Of a stretch of 64,000 nucleotides of DNA, positions 23,822-31,346 are shown piece by piece. Source of the DNA: a virus (Duplodnaviria > Caudoviricetes); IMG/VR virus record IMGVR_UViG_3300029288_000138, positions 19,618 through 83,617 of that record; one strand, written 5' to 3'. The position numbers and the translations under genes are program-made. The notes under the pieces were generated by a model that did not search any database, was not told the DNA's origin, and saw only the letters and a list, made by a program, of their open reading frames with translations. Each line of letters begins with the position of its first letter. The stretch's first letter is position 1.

Positions 23822-23927
23822 GGCTACTGTGGCGAAATGGAAACCGCAAGACCTGAACCCGTACCAGTAGAATATCTACTGGTGTATCTAAAGCGGCAAT
23901 GCAGGTTCGAATCCTGTCAGTAGCCCA
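23822..23927 (+). ncRNA. tRNA-like RNA 1 with non-canonical central domain
   Basis: GGCTACTG/CAGTAGCC acceptor, GCG/CGC D-stem, perfect T-arm GCAGG-TTCGAAT-CCTGT; 53-nt centre with hairpin ACCAGTAG/CTACTGGT and no 7-nt anticodon loop. Confidence 0.75.
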
Positions 23928-23953
23928 TAGTAATTAATAAAAGAGGATTAAAT

Positions 23954-24151
23954 ATGATTTCAGAAGTAATGAAAAAATGTATCGATAGTATGGATTATGA
24001 GAGTATGTTACGTCTTTGGCGATTTGCACCAATTGGGCATCCAATGTTTCAAGGCGAACTGGGACAGTATTATGCAGAAGCGATGAACAGAAAGAGAGAA
24101 GAAGTTTGTAATGAGGAACAAGTTCGGATATCAAAGGAAATAGGTTGGTAA
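23954..24151 (+). CDS. small hypothetical protein
   Basis: GAGGA RBS; LRLWRFAPIGHP.FQGELG.Y. Confidence 0.75.
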   Translation: MISEVMKKCIDSMDYESMLRLWRFAPIGHPMFQGELGQYYAEAMNRKREEVCNEEQVRISKEIGW

Positions 24152-24166
24152 AAATGAGGAGTAAAC

Positions 24167-24385
24167 ATGCAAGTAAATGAATTCAAACACGGAGATAGAG
24201 TAAAATATATTCCAACTCATGCAGAAGGTAATCAAAATCATCCCGATTGTGAAACAGGAATAGTATCATCTGTTAATGATAAATTTGTATTTGTAAAATA
24301 TGATAATGAAATGTGTATAATGGCAACCGGAGATGAACCGTATACTGCTCAGGCAACGAGACCTGAAGACTTGATTTTATTTTAA
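24167..24385 (+). CDS. small hypothetical protein
   Basis: GAGGAG RBS; G.RVKYIP.HA.G...HPDCETGIVSS. Confidence 0.75.
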   Translation: MQVNEFKHGDRVKYIPTHAEGNQNHPDCETGIVSSVNDKFVFVKYDNEMCIMATGDEPYTAQATRPEDLILF

Positions 24386-24404
24386 TCTTTTTGAAAATTT
24401 TAAT

Positions 24405-24477
24405 GTAGATGTAGCTAAATTGGTATAGCAGTTGGCTGTTAACCAACGGGATAAAAGTTCAAATCTTTTCGTCTACG
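24405..24477 (+). tRNA. tRNA-Asn(GTT)
   Basis: Cloverleaf; GTTGG-CTGTTAA-CCAAC. Confidence 0.9.
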
Positions 24478-24512
24478 CATAATTATTGTTATTTGACATA
24501 GTGATAAAGAAT

Positions 24513-24592
24513 GCATTGGTAGCCCGATTGGCAAGGGGGCGGACTGTAAATCCGTTTAATCATCAAAGTAAGTTCGAATCTTCTCCAATGCA
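24513..24592 (+). tRNA. tRNA-Tyr(GTA)
   Basis: GCATTGG/CCAATGC acceptor; GCGGA-CTGTAAA-TCCGT. Confidence 0.9.
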
Positions 24593-24597
24593 CTACT

Positions 24598-24670
24598 GAG
24601 TCTTTAGCTAAATTGGTAAAGCAATCAGCCCTTACCTGATAGATTGTATGTTCAAGTCATATAAGACTCA
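24598..24670 (+). tRNA. tRNA-Lys(CTT), atypical loop with C33
   Basis: GAGTCTT/AAGACTC acceptor; ATCAG-CCCTTAC-CTGAT. Confidence 0.7.
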
Positions 24671-24679
24671 CTATAAATA

Positions 24680-24758
24680 GGGCCTTTAACTCAGTTGGTT
24701 TTAGAGTGCTGAGCTCATAACTCAGGAGTCACCTGTTCAAATCAGGTAAGGCCCACCA
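24680..24758 (+). tRNA. tRNA(CAT), Met or Ile2, with encoded CCA
   Basis: GGGCCTT/AAGGCCC-A-CCA; CTGAG-CTCATAA-CTCAG. Confidence 0.88.
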
Positions 24759-24825
24759 AAAAATATTGGTTAAAATATAACGCCTTGGTAGAAAATTAAA
24801 ATTTAACTAAATATAAAAAGTATTC

Positions 24826-24898
24826 GACCTTGTCATCTAATTGGTTAGGATATAAGACTTTCAATCTTATAATACAAGATCGTATCTTGTCCGGGTTA
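24826..24898 (+). tRNA. tRNA-Glu(TTC), divergent
   Basis: TAAGA-CTTTCAA-TCTTA; T-arm ACAAG-ATCGTAT-CTTGT; one acceptor mismatch. Confidence 0.7.
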
Positions 24899-24931
24899 CT
24901 AAAATTTACTAATAGCATAAGGAGAAATAAC

Positions 24932-25450
24932 ATGGAAATTATTAATGCAATCATAGACAAAATTAAATGTAATTTTAATCCAGAATATCCAAGTATATAT
25001 AGAAATTTACGGTATTTTTTCAATTCATTACTGGGTAGATATTCTTGGTATAATTCGTGGGGAATGCCATCATATATTGCAGAGAGAATGTTACCATTAC
25101 TATATAATGTAAGAAAACAATGTCATTCATATCCCGGAATGTTAAGTAGCTTTGAAGAATGGCAAAATATTTTAGATGATATAATATTTGCATTAGAATA
25201 TTATATCTGTAATGAGCATCAATTTAATCCATTACGATATAGAAAATTGAAAAAGCAATTTACAAAAAAATATGGCTGGCATACTACAAAAAATGAAAAT
25301 TTTAAAAGAAAACCCTGTAGAGATATTATACAAGGATATTTCAATAATTTTCCATATAAATGTAATTATGATTTGCAGATCAAATTTGAAGAAAGAATGC
25401 AGAGGGGGTTTGAATTAATGGGTAAATATTTTACATATCTATATGATTAA
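24932..25450 (+). CDS. conserved phage hypothetical protein
   Basis: AGGAG RBS before ATG 24932; EEWQNILDDIIFALE...GFELMGKYFTYLYD. Confidence 0.8.
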   Translation: MEIINAIIDKIKCNFNPEYPSIYRNLRYFFNSLLGRYSWYNSWGMPSYIAERMLPLLYNVRKQCHSYPGMLSSFEEWQNILDDIIFALEYYICNEHQFNPLRYRKLKKQFTKKYGWHTTKNENFKRKPCRDIIQGYFNNFPYKCNYDLQIKFEERMQRGFELMGKYFTYLYD

Positions 25451-25463
25451 TAAACATTTAATT

Positions 25464-25537
25464 CTGGGTGTAATTTAATTGGTTAAACTCCGTGCCTTGG
25501 AAGCACGTTTATGCCTGTTCAAATCAGGCTGCCCAGA
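25464..25537 (+). tRNA. tRNA-Pro(TGG)
   Basis: CGTGC-CTTGGAA-GCACG; T-arm GCCTG-TTCAAAT-CAGGC. Confidence 0.88.
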
Positions 25538-25585
25538 CACTTTATTTTTTCTTGTTTTATTGATTAATTATATAATAAATTTATT

Positions 25586-25661
25586 GGGGCTGGGGAATGC
25601 TTGGGGTGTTCGCCTCGCTTGCACCGAGGATATCAGGTCAGTTCAAATCCGACTAGCTCCA
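25586..25661 (+). tRNA. tRNA-Ala(TGC)
   Basis: GGGGCTG/TAGCTCC acceptor with G3:U70; CCTCG-CTTGCAC-CGAGG. Confidence 0.85.
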
Positions 25662-25680
25662 CAATATAGGAGATATACAT

Positions 25681-25884
25681 ATGAACAAAATACAAAATAA
25701 ATACAAACTCATTGTTGCTCTATTCATATCATATGTAATAGAATCTATTGCATTAATTTTAATTGGAAAGAAGATGCTAAGTACTACTGGATTATACTTA
25801 TTAGCATGGATTCAATGGGGGCTAAATATTATAATTTCTTTTCTATCTTACATTTGGATAGATTCATTGGATAGAAAAAAGTAA
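25681..25884 (+). CDS. small membrane protein
   Basis: AGGAG RBS; two hydrophobic segments. Confidence 0.65.
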   Translation: MNKIQNKYKLIVALFISYVIESIALILIGKKMLSTTGLYLLAWIQWGLNIIISFLSYIWIDSLDRKK

Positions 25885-25889
25885 ATAAT

Positions 25890-25978
25890 GGAGGAATCGC
25901 TCAACTGGTGGAGCAGCTGACTTGAAATCAGCCAGGCTATTAACAATAGTCTTGGGGGTTCGAATCCTCTTTCCTCCG
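25890..25978 (+). tRNA. tRNA-Ser (anticodon TGA)
   Basis: GGAGGAA/TTCCTCC acceptor; GCTGA-CTTGAAA-TCAGC; long variable arm. Confidence 0.92.
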
Positions 25979-26039
25979 CAAAAATTCATTACAAATAAGA
26001 TATAATACTGAACAAAGAAAAAAAGAAGAGGACTCATTA

Positions 26040-26459
26040 ATGTTAAATTTTAAAGTATTCTCTAGACAAAATATAGAACAATATCAAAGTAAAAATTCTT
26101 GGTGCTTAATTTCTATACGAGACCCTGGTAGTAATATTGTTTCTATAAATACAGATAATCTGATATCTTCTATTTACTTGGATTTTTATGATTTAGATCA
26201 GTCAATTCCGGGCATGAAAAATTGCAAAATGATCGATAAATTCGATGCAATCAAAATTATAGAAATGGTCGAAGAATTTAAACATGTATGTAATACTTTT
26301 TGTATAAATTGTGAAGCCGGAGAAAGTAGAAGTTCCGGAGTAGCAGCGGCATTATCTAAAATATACAATAAAAATGATGATGTGTATTTTCAATCATATT
26401 GCCCAAATAGACTTGTATATAGAACAATTTTATCAGTAGCATTTGATATGGATTTATGA
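26040..26459 (+). CDS. predicted protein-tyrosine-phosphatase-like protein (ends TGA)
   Basis: P-loop-like NCEAGESRSSGVA; C-terminal PNRLVY. Confidence 0.75.
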   Translation: MLNFKVFSRQNIEQYQSKNSWCLISIRDPGSNIVSINTDNLISSIYLDFYDLDQSIPGMKNCKMIDKFDAIKIIEMVEEFKHVCNTFCINCEAGESRSSGVAAALSKIYNKNDDVYFQSYCPNRLVYRTILSVAFDMDL

Positions 26460-26464
26460 GAATA

Positions 26465-26537
26465 GGGCTCTTATTCTAACTGGATAAAATGCAAGGCTAC
26501 GACCCTTGAGATGCAAGTTCAAATCTTGTAGAGCCCT
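26465..26537 (+). tRNA. tRNA-Arg(ACG)
   Basis: GGGCTCT/AGAGCCC; CAAGG-CTACGAC-CCTTG. Confidence 0.9.
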
Positions 26538-26546
26538 CTTATTTAA

Positions 26547-26619
26547 CCGGGTATAGTTCAATTGGTAGAACGCCAGCCTTCCAAGTTGGTTGTTAAGAGT
26601 TCAAGTCTCTTTGCCCGGT
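26547..26619 (+). tRNA. tRNA-Gly(TCC)
   Basis: CCGGGTA/TGCCCGG; loop CTTCCAA; discriminator U. Confidence 0.88.
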
Positions 26620-26621
26620 CT

Positions 26622-26692
26622 GTGACTGTAGTTTAATGGTAAAACGCATGGCTGTGGCCCATGTCATACGGATTCGATTTCCGTCAGTCACC
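26622..26692 (+). tRNA. tRNA-His(GTG)
   Basis: GTGACTG/CAGTCAC-C73; loop CTGTGGC; base -1 is T, not G. Confidence 0.9.
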
Positions 26693-26709
26693 AATAATAT
26701 TATGTATTA

Positions 26710-26781
26710 TGGGCAATAGTTTAATGGTAAAATCCCGGTCTCCAAAACCGATAGATGAGAGTTCAAATCTTTCTTGCCCGG
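26710..26781 (+). tRNA. tRNA-Trp(CCA)
   Basis: CGGT-CTCCAAA-ACCG; discriminator G. Confidence 0.9.
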
Positions 26782-26859
26782 CAATAAATTTTTTCTTCTA
26801 GGCGCTATATTTATTTATGGATAAATAAAAAGATATAACTATAACTAGGAGAAAATAAA

Positions 26860-27318
26860 ATGCCAGAAATGAAACCGGCCAGTGGAGTAAAATTTAATAC
26901 ACCTCACTATGATGAAATACAGCAAATATTAAATTATTTACAAAAAGTAACTGGAGCTCAATATACTAATTGCTATTCAGATGTATCAAAAGTATATAGA
27001 GCAAAATTAAAACAAAATACAGTATTATTAAGTGCACCGACTGCATCAGAAATTGTTAACACTATAGGTGCTACTGTTACTTGGATAGCTATAGATACTG
27101 GTTCTTATGTAGCATCAGCATCATCTGAGATTTTTTCAACGGGATCTTTGAGCTGCTGGGCACATTTAGGTTCACCAATGTCTCACAGTTTAGAAGCAAA
27201 TGTTTATATTACACCATCTGGTAGTAAAGGTGACCAATGTGTGTTAAAAGTATATGACACCGGCTCAGTATTAACAGACGGGTTTGATAACTTGTTTGTA
27301 GAAATCAAAATTGCATAA
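26860..27318 (+). CDS. hypothetical protein, probably virion-associated
   Basis: Late motif at 26808 plus GGAG RBS; motif YRAKLKQ...APTA..I.NTIG. Confidence 0.7.
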   Translation: MPEMKPASGVKFNTPHYDEIQQILNYLQKVTGAQYTNCYSDVSKVYRAKLKQNTVLLSAPTASEIVNTIGATVTWIAIDTGSYVASASSEIFSTGSLSCWAHLGSPMSHSLEANVYITPSGSKGDQCVLKVYDTGSVLTDGFDNLFVEIKIA

Positions 27319-27438
27319 TTAAACCAAAATTTTTGTTTTGTTATAAAGTATTTTTCTATATAGTCTAGTAATGGACTTATAGAATTACTTTGTTTGTACA
27401 TATGCTCCTATAATTCAATAAGTTGAAATTTCATAAAA

Positions 27439-27511
27439 GCCACAGTAGTTTAATTGGGAAAACGACTGACTTGTAATCAGTAGAGAGTGGGTTCGATTCC
27501 AACCTGTGGCT
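27439..27511 (+). tRNA. tRNA-Thr(TGT)
   Basis: GCCACAG/CTGTGGC; ACTGA-CTTGTAA-TCAGT. Confidence 0.9.
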
Positions 27512-27525
27512 CTAATCTTTATTAT

Positions 27526-27596
27526 ACCTCAGTAGTTCAATGGTAGAATGGGTGACTGATATTCATCTGATAGTAGTTCAATTCTATTCTGGGGTA
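27526..27596 (+). tRNA. tRNA-Ile(GAT)
   Basis: ACCTCAG/CTGGGGT; GGTGA-CTGATAT-TCATC. Confidence 0.82.
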
Positions 27597-27601
27597 CTAT
27601 T

Positions 27602-27673
27602 GCCTTTGTAATTCAATTGAAAGAATGATTGATCCGTAATCAATTTATACTAGTTTGAGTCTAGTCAAAGGCT
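27602..27673 (+). tRNA. tRNA-Thr(CGT), atypical loop with C33
   Basis: GCCTTTG/CAAAGGC; ATTGA-TCCGTAA-TCAAT. Confidence 0.75.
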
Positions 27674-27811
27674 CAAAGATTTTTCTTGTTTATATGTAAT
27701 ATATTCATTAAATTATTTTGAAAATTGAAAATATGTATTTTATCAATAATTATATATATCTAATTGAAAAAGACTAAGTAATCAAAGAGAAAATAAAAGG
27801 AAAAATAAACA

Positions 27812-28282
27812 TTGAGAGGGTTTGCTTGTATTGGATTAGATAATCCAAAATTTATTGGAAATATAGGGGGCGTTTTACGAGCCTGCAATAATTATAATGC
27901 TTCTTTAATTGTAATTTCGGGTCAAAGATTTAAAAAGCAATGTACAGATACTACAAAGGCATATCGTCGTATCCCGCTTTTGCAAGTAGAAAATCTTAAA
28001 GATGCAATTCCTTATGATTGTGTTCCCGTTGCAGTGGATTTAATAGAAGGCGCGAGGTCGTTACCAGAATATACTCATCCGGAAAGGGCGTTTTATATTT
28101 TTGGTGCTGAAGATGCTACTCTTGGAGAAAGAATACTTTCTTGGTGCAGGGATATAGTTTATATTCCAACCAACAGATGTATAAATTTAGCAGCAACCGT
28201 TAATGTTGTGCTATATGATAGACTTGCAAAACAACTCAATATGAAAGGGGAGAAATATGAAAGCAAAAGATTATTTGAATAA
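27812..28282 (+). CDS. SpoU/TrmH-family RNA 2'-O-methyltransferase
   Basis: LDNPK..GNIGGVLRAC; IFGAEDATL; IPTNRCINLAATVNVVLYD (SPOUT motifs). Confidence 0.88.
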   Translation: MRGFACIGLDNPKFIGNIGGVLRACNNYNASLIVISGQRFKKQCTDTTKAYRRIPLLQVENLKDAIPYDCVPVAVDLIEGARSLPEYTHPERAFYIFGAEDATLGERILSWCRDIVYIPTNRCINLAATVNVVLYDRLAKQLNMKGEKYESKRLFE

Positions 28283-28454
28283 AAAATTAGTTCCAGATCC
28301 AATTAAAGGTAAGCCAATTGTTTGTCCATGTTGTGGGAAATTTATTGGTTACGATAAGGACTTTATGTTTATGGTAATTCAAAGACCAGGAATTGTCTGC
28401 CCAGATTGTGATGAAATTGTTATTCCTTGTAGTAACATAACCAATATAATATAA
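28257..28454 (+). CDS. small zinc-ribbon protein
   Basis: CPCCG ... CPDCD. Confidence 0.7.
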   Translation: MKAKDYLNKKLVPDPIKGKPIVCPCCGKFIGYDKDFMFMVIQRPGIVCPDCDEIVIPCSNITNII

Positions 28455-28467
28455 CAATCAATTATTT

Positions 28468-28540
28468 GTGCCCATAGTGAAACGGATTATCACAGTGGCC
28501 TTCTAAGCCTCTAGTCCAAGTTCAAATCTTGGTGGGCATA
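28468..28540 (+). tRNA. tRNA-Arg(TCT)
   Basis: GTGCCCA/TGGGCAT; loop CTTCTAA. Confidence 0.88.
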
Positions 28541-28568
28541 CGCATACATTTACAACAAGGAGTATATT

Positions 28569-28829
28569 ATGAATTCAGAGTCAAAAGACCATAAAGAATT
28601 TACCGAAGAGGAATGTAATTTGATCTTAAATGCATTACTATTTTCTGCGAATGAAGATATGTGCGCAAATTTTAGTGATAATGATAATAGCAATATGATG
28701 TCATTAGCATCAAAAATAGAAAAAATCTATCCTGATATGTTACCTGATTTAATCTATGCCGTTAGATATAAACATAATACTAGTAACATGAAGATACTGA
28801 AAAAACTCAAAGTAAATATTGAACAGTAG
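28569..28829 (+). CDS. hypothetical protein
   Basis: AGGAG RBS. Confidence 0.65.
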   Translation: MNSESKDHKEFTEEECNLILNALLFSANEDMCANFSDNDNSNMMSLASKIEKIYPDMLPDLIYAVRYKHNTSNMKILKKLKVNIEQ

Positions 28830-28913
28830 CCCCGATGGCGGAATGGTATACTGCAACAGACTTAAAATCTGTCGTCCTTTATGGGCATGTAAGTTCAAAT
28901 CTTACTCGGGGTA
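28829..28913 (+). tRNA. tRNA-Leu(TAA)
   Basis: GCCCCGA/TCGGGGT; ACAGA-CTTAAAA-TCTGT; variable arm. Confidence 0.92.
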
Positions 28914-28925
28914 CACTGATAGTAT

Positions 28926-29009
28926 GCATCTATAGACGAATTGGCATAGTCAACAGGCTTAGACCCTGTGCCTGTTATAGGCGTGGTGGTTCAACTCCAC
29001 TTAGATGCA
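28926..29009 (+). tRNA. tRNA-Leu(TAG)
   Basis: GCATCTA/TAGATGC; ACAGG-CTTAGAC-CCTGT; variable arm. Confidence 0.9.
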
Positions 29010-29020
29010 CTTTTGAAATT

Positions 29021-29093
29021 GGATTCGTGGTCTAATGGCAAGGGCACTAGATTGTCGATCTAGACGATGCCAGTTCAAATCTGGTCGAATCCG
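29021..29093 (+). tRNA. tRNA-Asp(GTC)
   Basis: GGATTCG/CGAATCC; CTAGA-TTGTCGA-TCTAG. Confidence 0.9.
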
Positions 29094-29162
29094 CTAAAAA
29101 TAGTTCTTTGATTTTATAGTATTTTTAATTAAATTTAGAGGGTTAAATAAAAAGGAAACTGA

Positions 29163-29786
29163 ATGAATTCTATAACATTCCAAAATAAAATAGAAGGATT
29201 TAATAACAAAATAACATTTTCAGAAGATGCCGATAGAATTGTTTCTGTTATTGTATATAGTAGTGCAAAATTTTACAAAGAATTTAAAAATATAAAATTA
29301 AAGCATTTATTGAAAATTATTACATCTGGATATATTGAAGATACTGGAAATTTATACACTGATATTTTATTTTCTAAATCTGATACAGATAAATTAATAA
29401 ACTGGTTAATTGAAACTAGAGCATTTAAAGAAAATAAAAAGAGAATTATGCCAGTCGCCATAGAATATGAAGGAGAAATTATTGGATATTCTATGAATTG
29501 CGCCTGTTTTAGTCCAAGTCATTGTATACGATTTCACAAAAAAGATAGATTTGATATGCATGAAAATATCAATTACTTATTTTCTTTTGAAGCTAATTTG
29601 GAATGGGTATATTATGATGATTCTAATAATCGAAATGATATTGAGATTTTTGACAGGATTAGAATTATAGCAAAAAGATTTGCTGATACTATTCTAGAAA
29701 GACCAGTAACATTTTCATCCGAATTTATGTTTAATTACCATACAAATCAAGTTGTAGATTTTGTTAATATTTTAAATGGATTTTAA
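29163..29786 (+). CDS. hypothetical protein
   Basis: Weak early promoter plus AGGA RBS; intact ORF. Confidence 0.7.
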   Translation: MNSITFQNKIEGFNNKITFSEDADRIVSVIVYSSAKFYKEFKNIKLKHLLKIITSGYIEDTGNLYTDILFSKSDTDKLINWLIETRAFKENKKRIMPVAIEYEGEIIGYSMNCACFSPSHCIRFHKKDRFDMHENINYLFSFEANLEWVYYDDSNNRNDIEIFDRIRIIAKRFADTILERPVTFSSEFMFNYHTNQVVDFVNILNGF

Positions 29787-29817
29787 ATAAACAATAAGTT
29801 AAAAACAGGAGGCAAAT

Positions 29818-30513
29818 ATGCCATATAAAAAAGATAATGTATTCACGAAATTTATACGAAAACTTAGGCGACATGGATATGTCAGTGGAACCACATTGTC
29901 ATCTTCAGTACTATATTATGATTTTGGGGGTGGGGGACTCGCTTCTACCAATAGTAATGATCCAAATTCTTTACAACATAAAGATACTAGAGAAGCAAAA
30001 AAACCAGTAGAAATATATAATGAAATCATTTCGGAATCCCCAATACTTGATTTAACAAACTTAGATGAAAAAATAAAAATTGTATATAAACGATTACAAG
30101 CACTGGAAGAATTAGGAATGCATCCAACGGATGAAAATACCGCATTGCAATATTTAAGAGCCAGAAAAAAGTTTAAAGAATATTCAGAATTAAAGTGGGC
30201 GGCCACCAATCAAGATTTGATTAATAAACTTTGTGCAAAATATAAAGTAAAGCAAGTAACATTTAATTTGTATTACAAAAGTGTCCCGAATGAAGGAATA
30301 GATGAAATTGAAAAATTTGCAGAAATATTTAAAAAAATAATCAGAAAAGAAGATATTACAAATATGTTACATTTGATTATTGATGATGGCGGCGAAGAAA
30401 CGAAGAAAGACCCGATTCTTCTTGCAAAATCACCATTTGGAAATTATTTTTATATTCTTGGTGCGTGGGATAAAGAAGTAGAAATAGTTGATAAATTAGT
30501 ATATAATGCTTAA
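29818..30513 (+). CDS. conserved phage hypothetical protein
   Basis: GGAGG RBS; C-terminal KKDPILLAKSPFG...ILGAWDKE. Confidence 0.8.
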   Translation: MPYKKDNVFTKFIRKLRRHGYVSGTTLSSSVLYYDFGGGGLASTNSNDPNSLQHKDTREAKKPVEIYNEIISESPILDLTNLDEKIKIVYKRLQALEELGMHPTDENTALQYLRARKKFKEYSELKWAATNQDLINKLCAKYKVKQVTFNLYYKSVPNEGIDEIEKFAEIFKKIIRKEDITNMLHLIIDDGGEETKKDPILLAKSPFGNYFYILGAWDKEVEIVDKLVYNA

Positions 30514-30560
30514 AAACACTAATATATAGAAAAAATAATTGGTTTTGGAGGAAACATATA

Positions 30561-30698
30561 ATGCAAAACATCGAGAAATTTAGATATTTTTGTTATATCA
30601 TATGAGTATTATTAGAACCAATCATGTTATATTTTTTAATTAAATATTGTATAACAATTACAAAGTTATTAAATTTAATACTAATAAAATTACAGTAA
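30561..30698 (+). CDS. small hydrophobic ORF; TGA 30603 read as Trp
   Basis: GGAGG RBS; 45 codons to TAA. Confidence 0.4.
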
Positions 30699-30710
30699 AA
30701 GGAGAATGAA

Positions 30711-31004
30711 ATGCCAGAAAAAATTAAATTATACAGAGGAATAGATGCTTGGAGTGCAGTACATCTATTGGGTTGCTATTTTCTAATGACTTTGGGATTG
30801 CAATGACATGAAACAGTAACATTAGGAATTTTATGAGAAGGAATAGATTACATTTATTCATGTTATTCTGATAAGTTACCAACGTGGGTATCTTTAATAT
30901 TTGATCCGAGAGGCGCAGATATAATGGATATAGTAATGGATTCAATTGGAATTCTACTATTCATTGGACTTAGATATTTTGGTATTTATATGTTTTTTGC
31001 ATAA
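30711..31004 (+). CDS. small membrane protein; 2 TGA read as Trp
   Basis: AGGAG RBS; D.WS.VH...GIL*EGID...D...DI.MD.IG pattern; absent from the track. Confidence 0.7.
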
Positions 31005-31017
31005 ATATTTATATAAT

Positions 31018-31320
31018 AGGTGGGTATCTCAACTGGTAGAGACACGGTCTTTAACTAAGGAGCTTTATATTGGAAACAGTATAAATGAAAGAGAATGATA
31101 TCGGTGAACCCTGTAAAATGGCAATACCGAGGGAATAGATTTTTTAATCTAGCCCGTAGAGAGCAGATAATTCTCAACCTAAGTTATATTTTTGTAATAT
31201 GGTTAAGATGTGCTCCAGACTACAAACAACTTTTAGTTGGTGGTGAAAATCATAGTAGTATGCAAAACCGTATCGGGCCTCCAAAGCCTGGGCATGCGGG
31301 TTCAACTCCTGCCCCACCTG
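31018..31320 (+). tRNA. Intron-containing Trp-type tRNA with UCA anticodon (opal decoder) plus a second CCA anticodon-like arm
   Basis: Acceptor AGGTGGG/CCCACCT-G73; D-arm TCTC/GAGA; exons join as ACGGT-CTT|CAAA-ACCGT; then AT-CGGGC-CTCCAAA-GCCTG-GGCAT; T-arm GCGGG-TTCAACT-CCTGC. Confidence 0.85.
31052..31262 (+). mobile_element. Self-splicing group I intron (211 nt, IC3/tRNA-Leu(UAA)-like, no ORF)
   Basis: P1 CUU paired with GAG guide (U.G at the splice site); P2 TTTATATTG-GAAA-CAGTATAAA; P3 GAGAAT/ATTCTC; P4-P5 TCGGTGAACC..GGCAATACCGA; P6 GGG/CCC; P7 GAGCA/TGCTC; P8 AACC/GGTT; P9 region ACTAC/GTAGT with GAAA loop; terminal G 31262. Confidence 0.9.
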
Positions 31321-31346
31321 CGAGTAATTAATAAAAGGAGTTATGT

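Noticed and set aside
24598-24670. Ochre suppressor reading (TTA) of the CCCTTAC loop
   Set aside because: With the 5-bp stem ATCAG/CTGAT the central triplet is CTT. TAA is the dominant true stop and never appears in-frame within genes.
24830-29035. Track ORFs 24830 (TTG start), 25479-25700 and 28835-29035
   Set aside because: They overlap tRNA-Glu, tRNA-Pro/Ala and tRNA-Leu/Asp genes. The real start of the first is ATG 24932 with an RBS.
31018-31320. tRNA-Sec interpretation of the UCA tRNA
   Set aside because: It has a 7-bp acceptor and 4-bp D-stem, not the 8/5 fold and long D-stem of bacterial tRNA-Sec. The anticodon arm is Trp-like, and TGA codons align to Trp rather than Cys positions.
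31095-31331. Track ORF inside the intron (possible homing endonuclease)
   Set aside because: Only 78 aa, no nuclease motif, no RBS, and it runs across the 3' exon; a chance frame.
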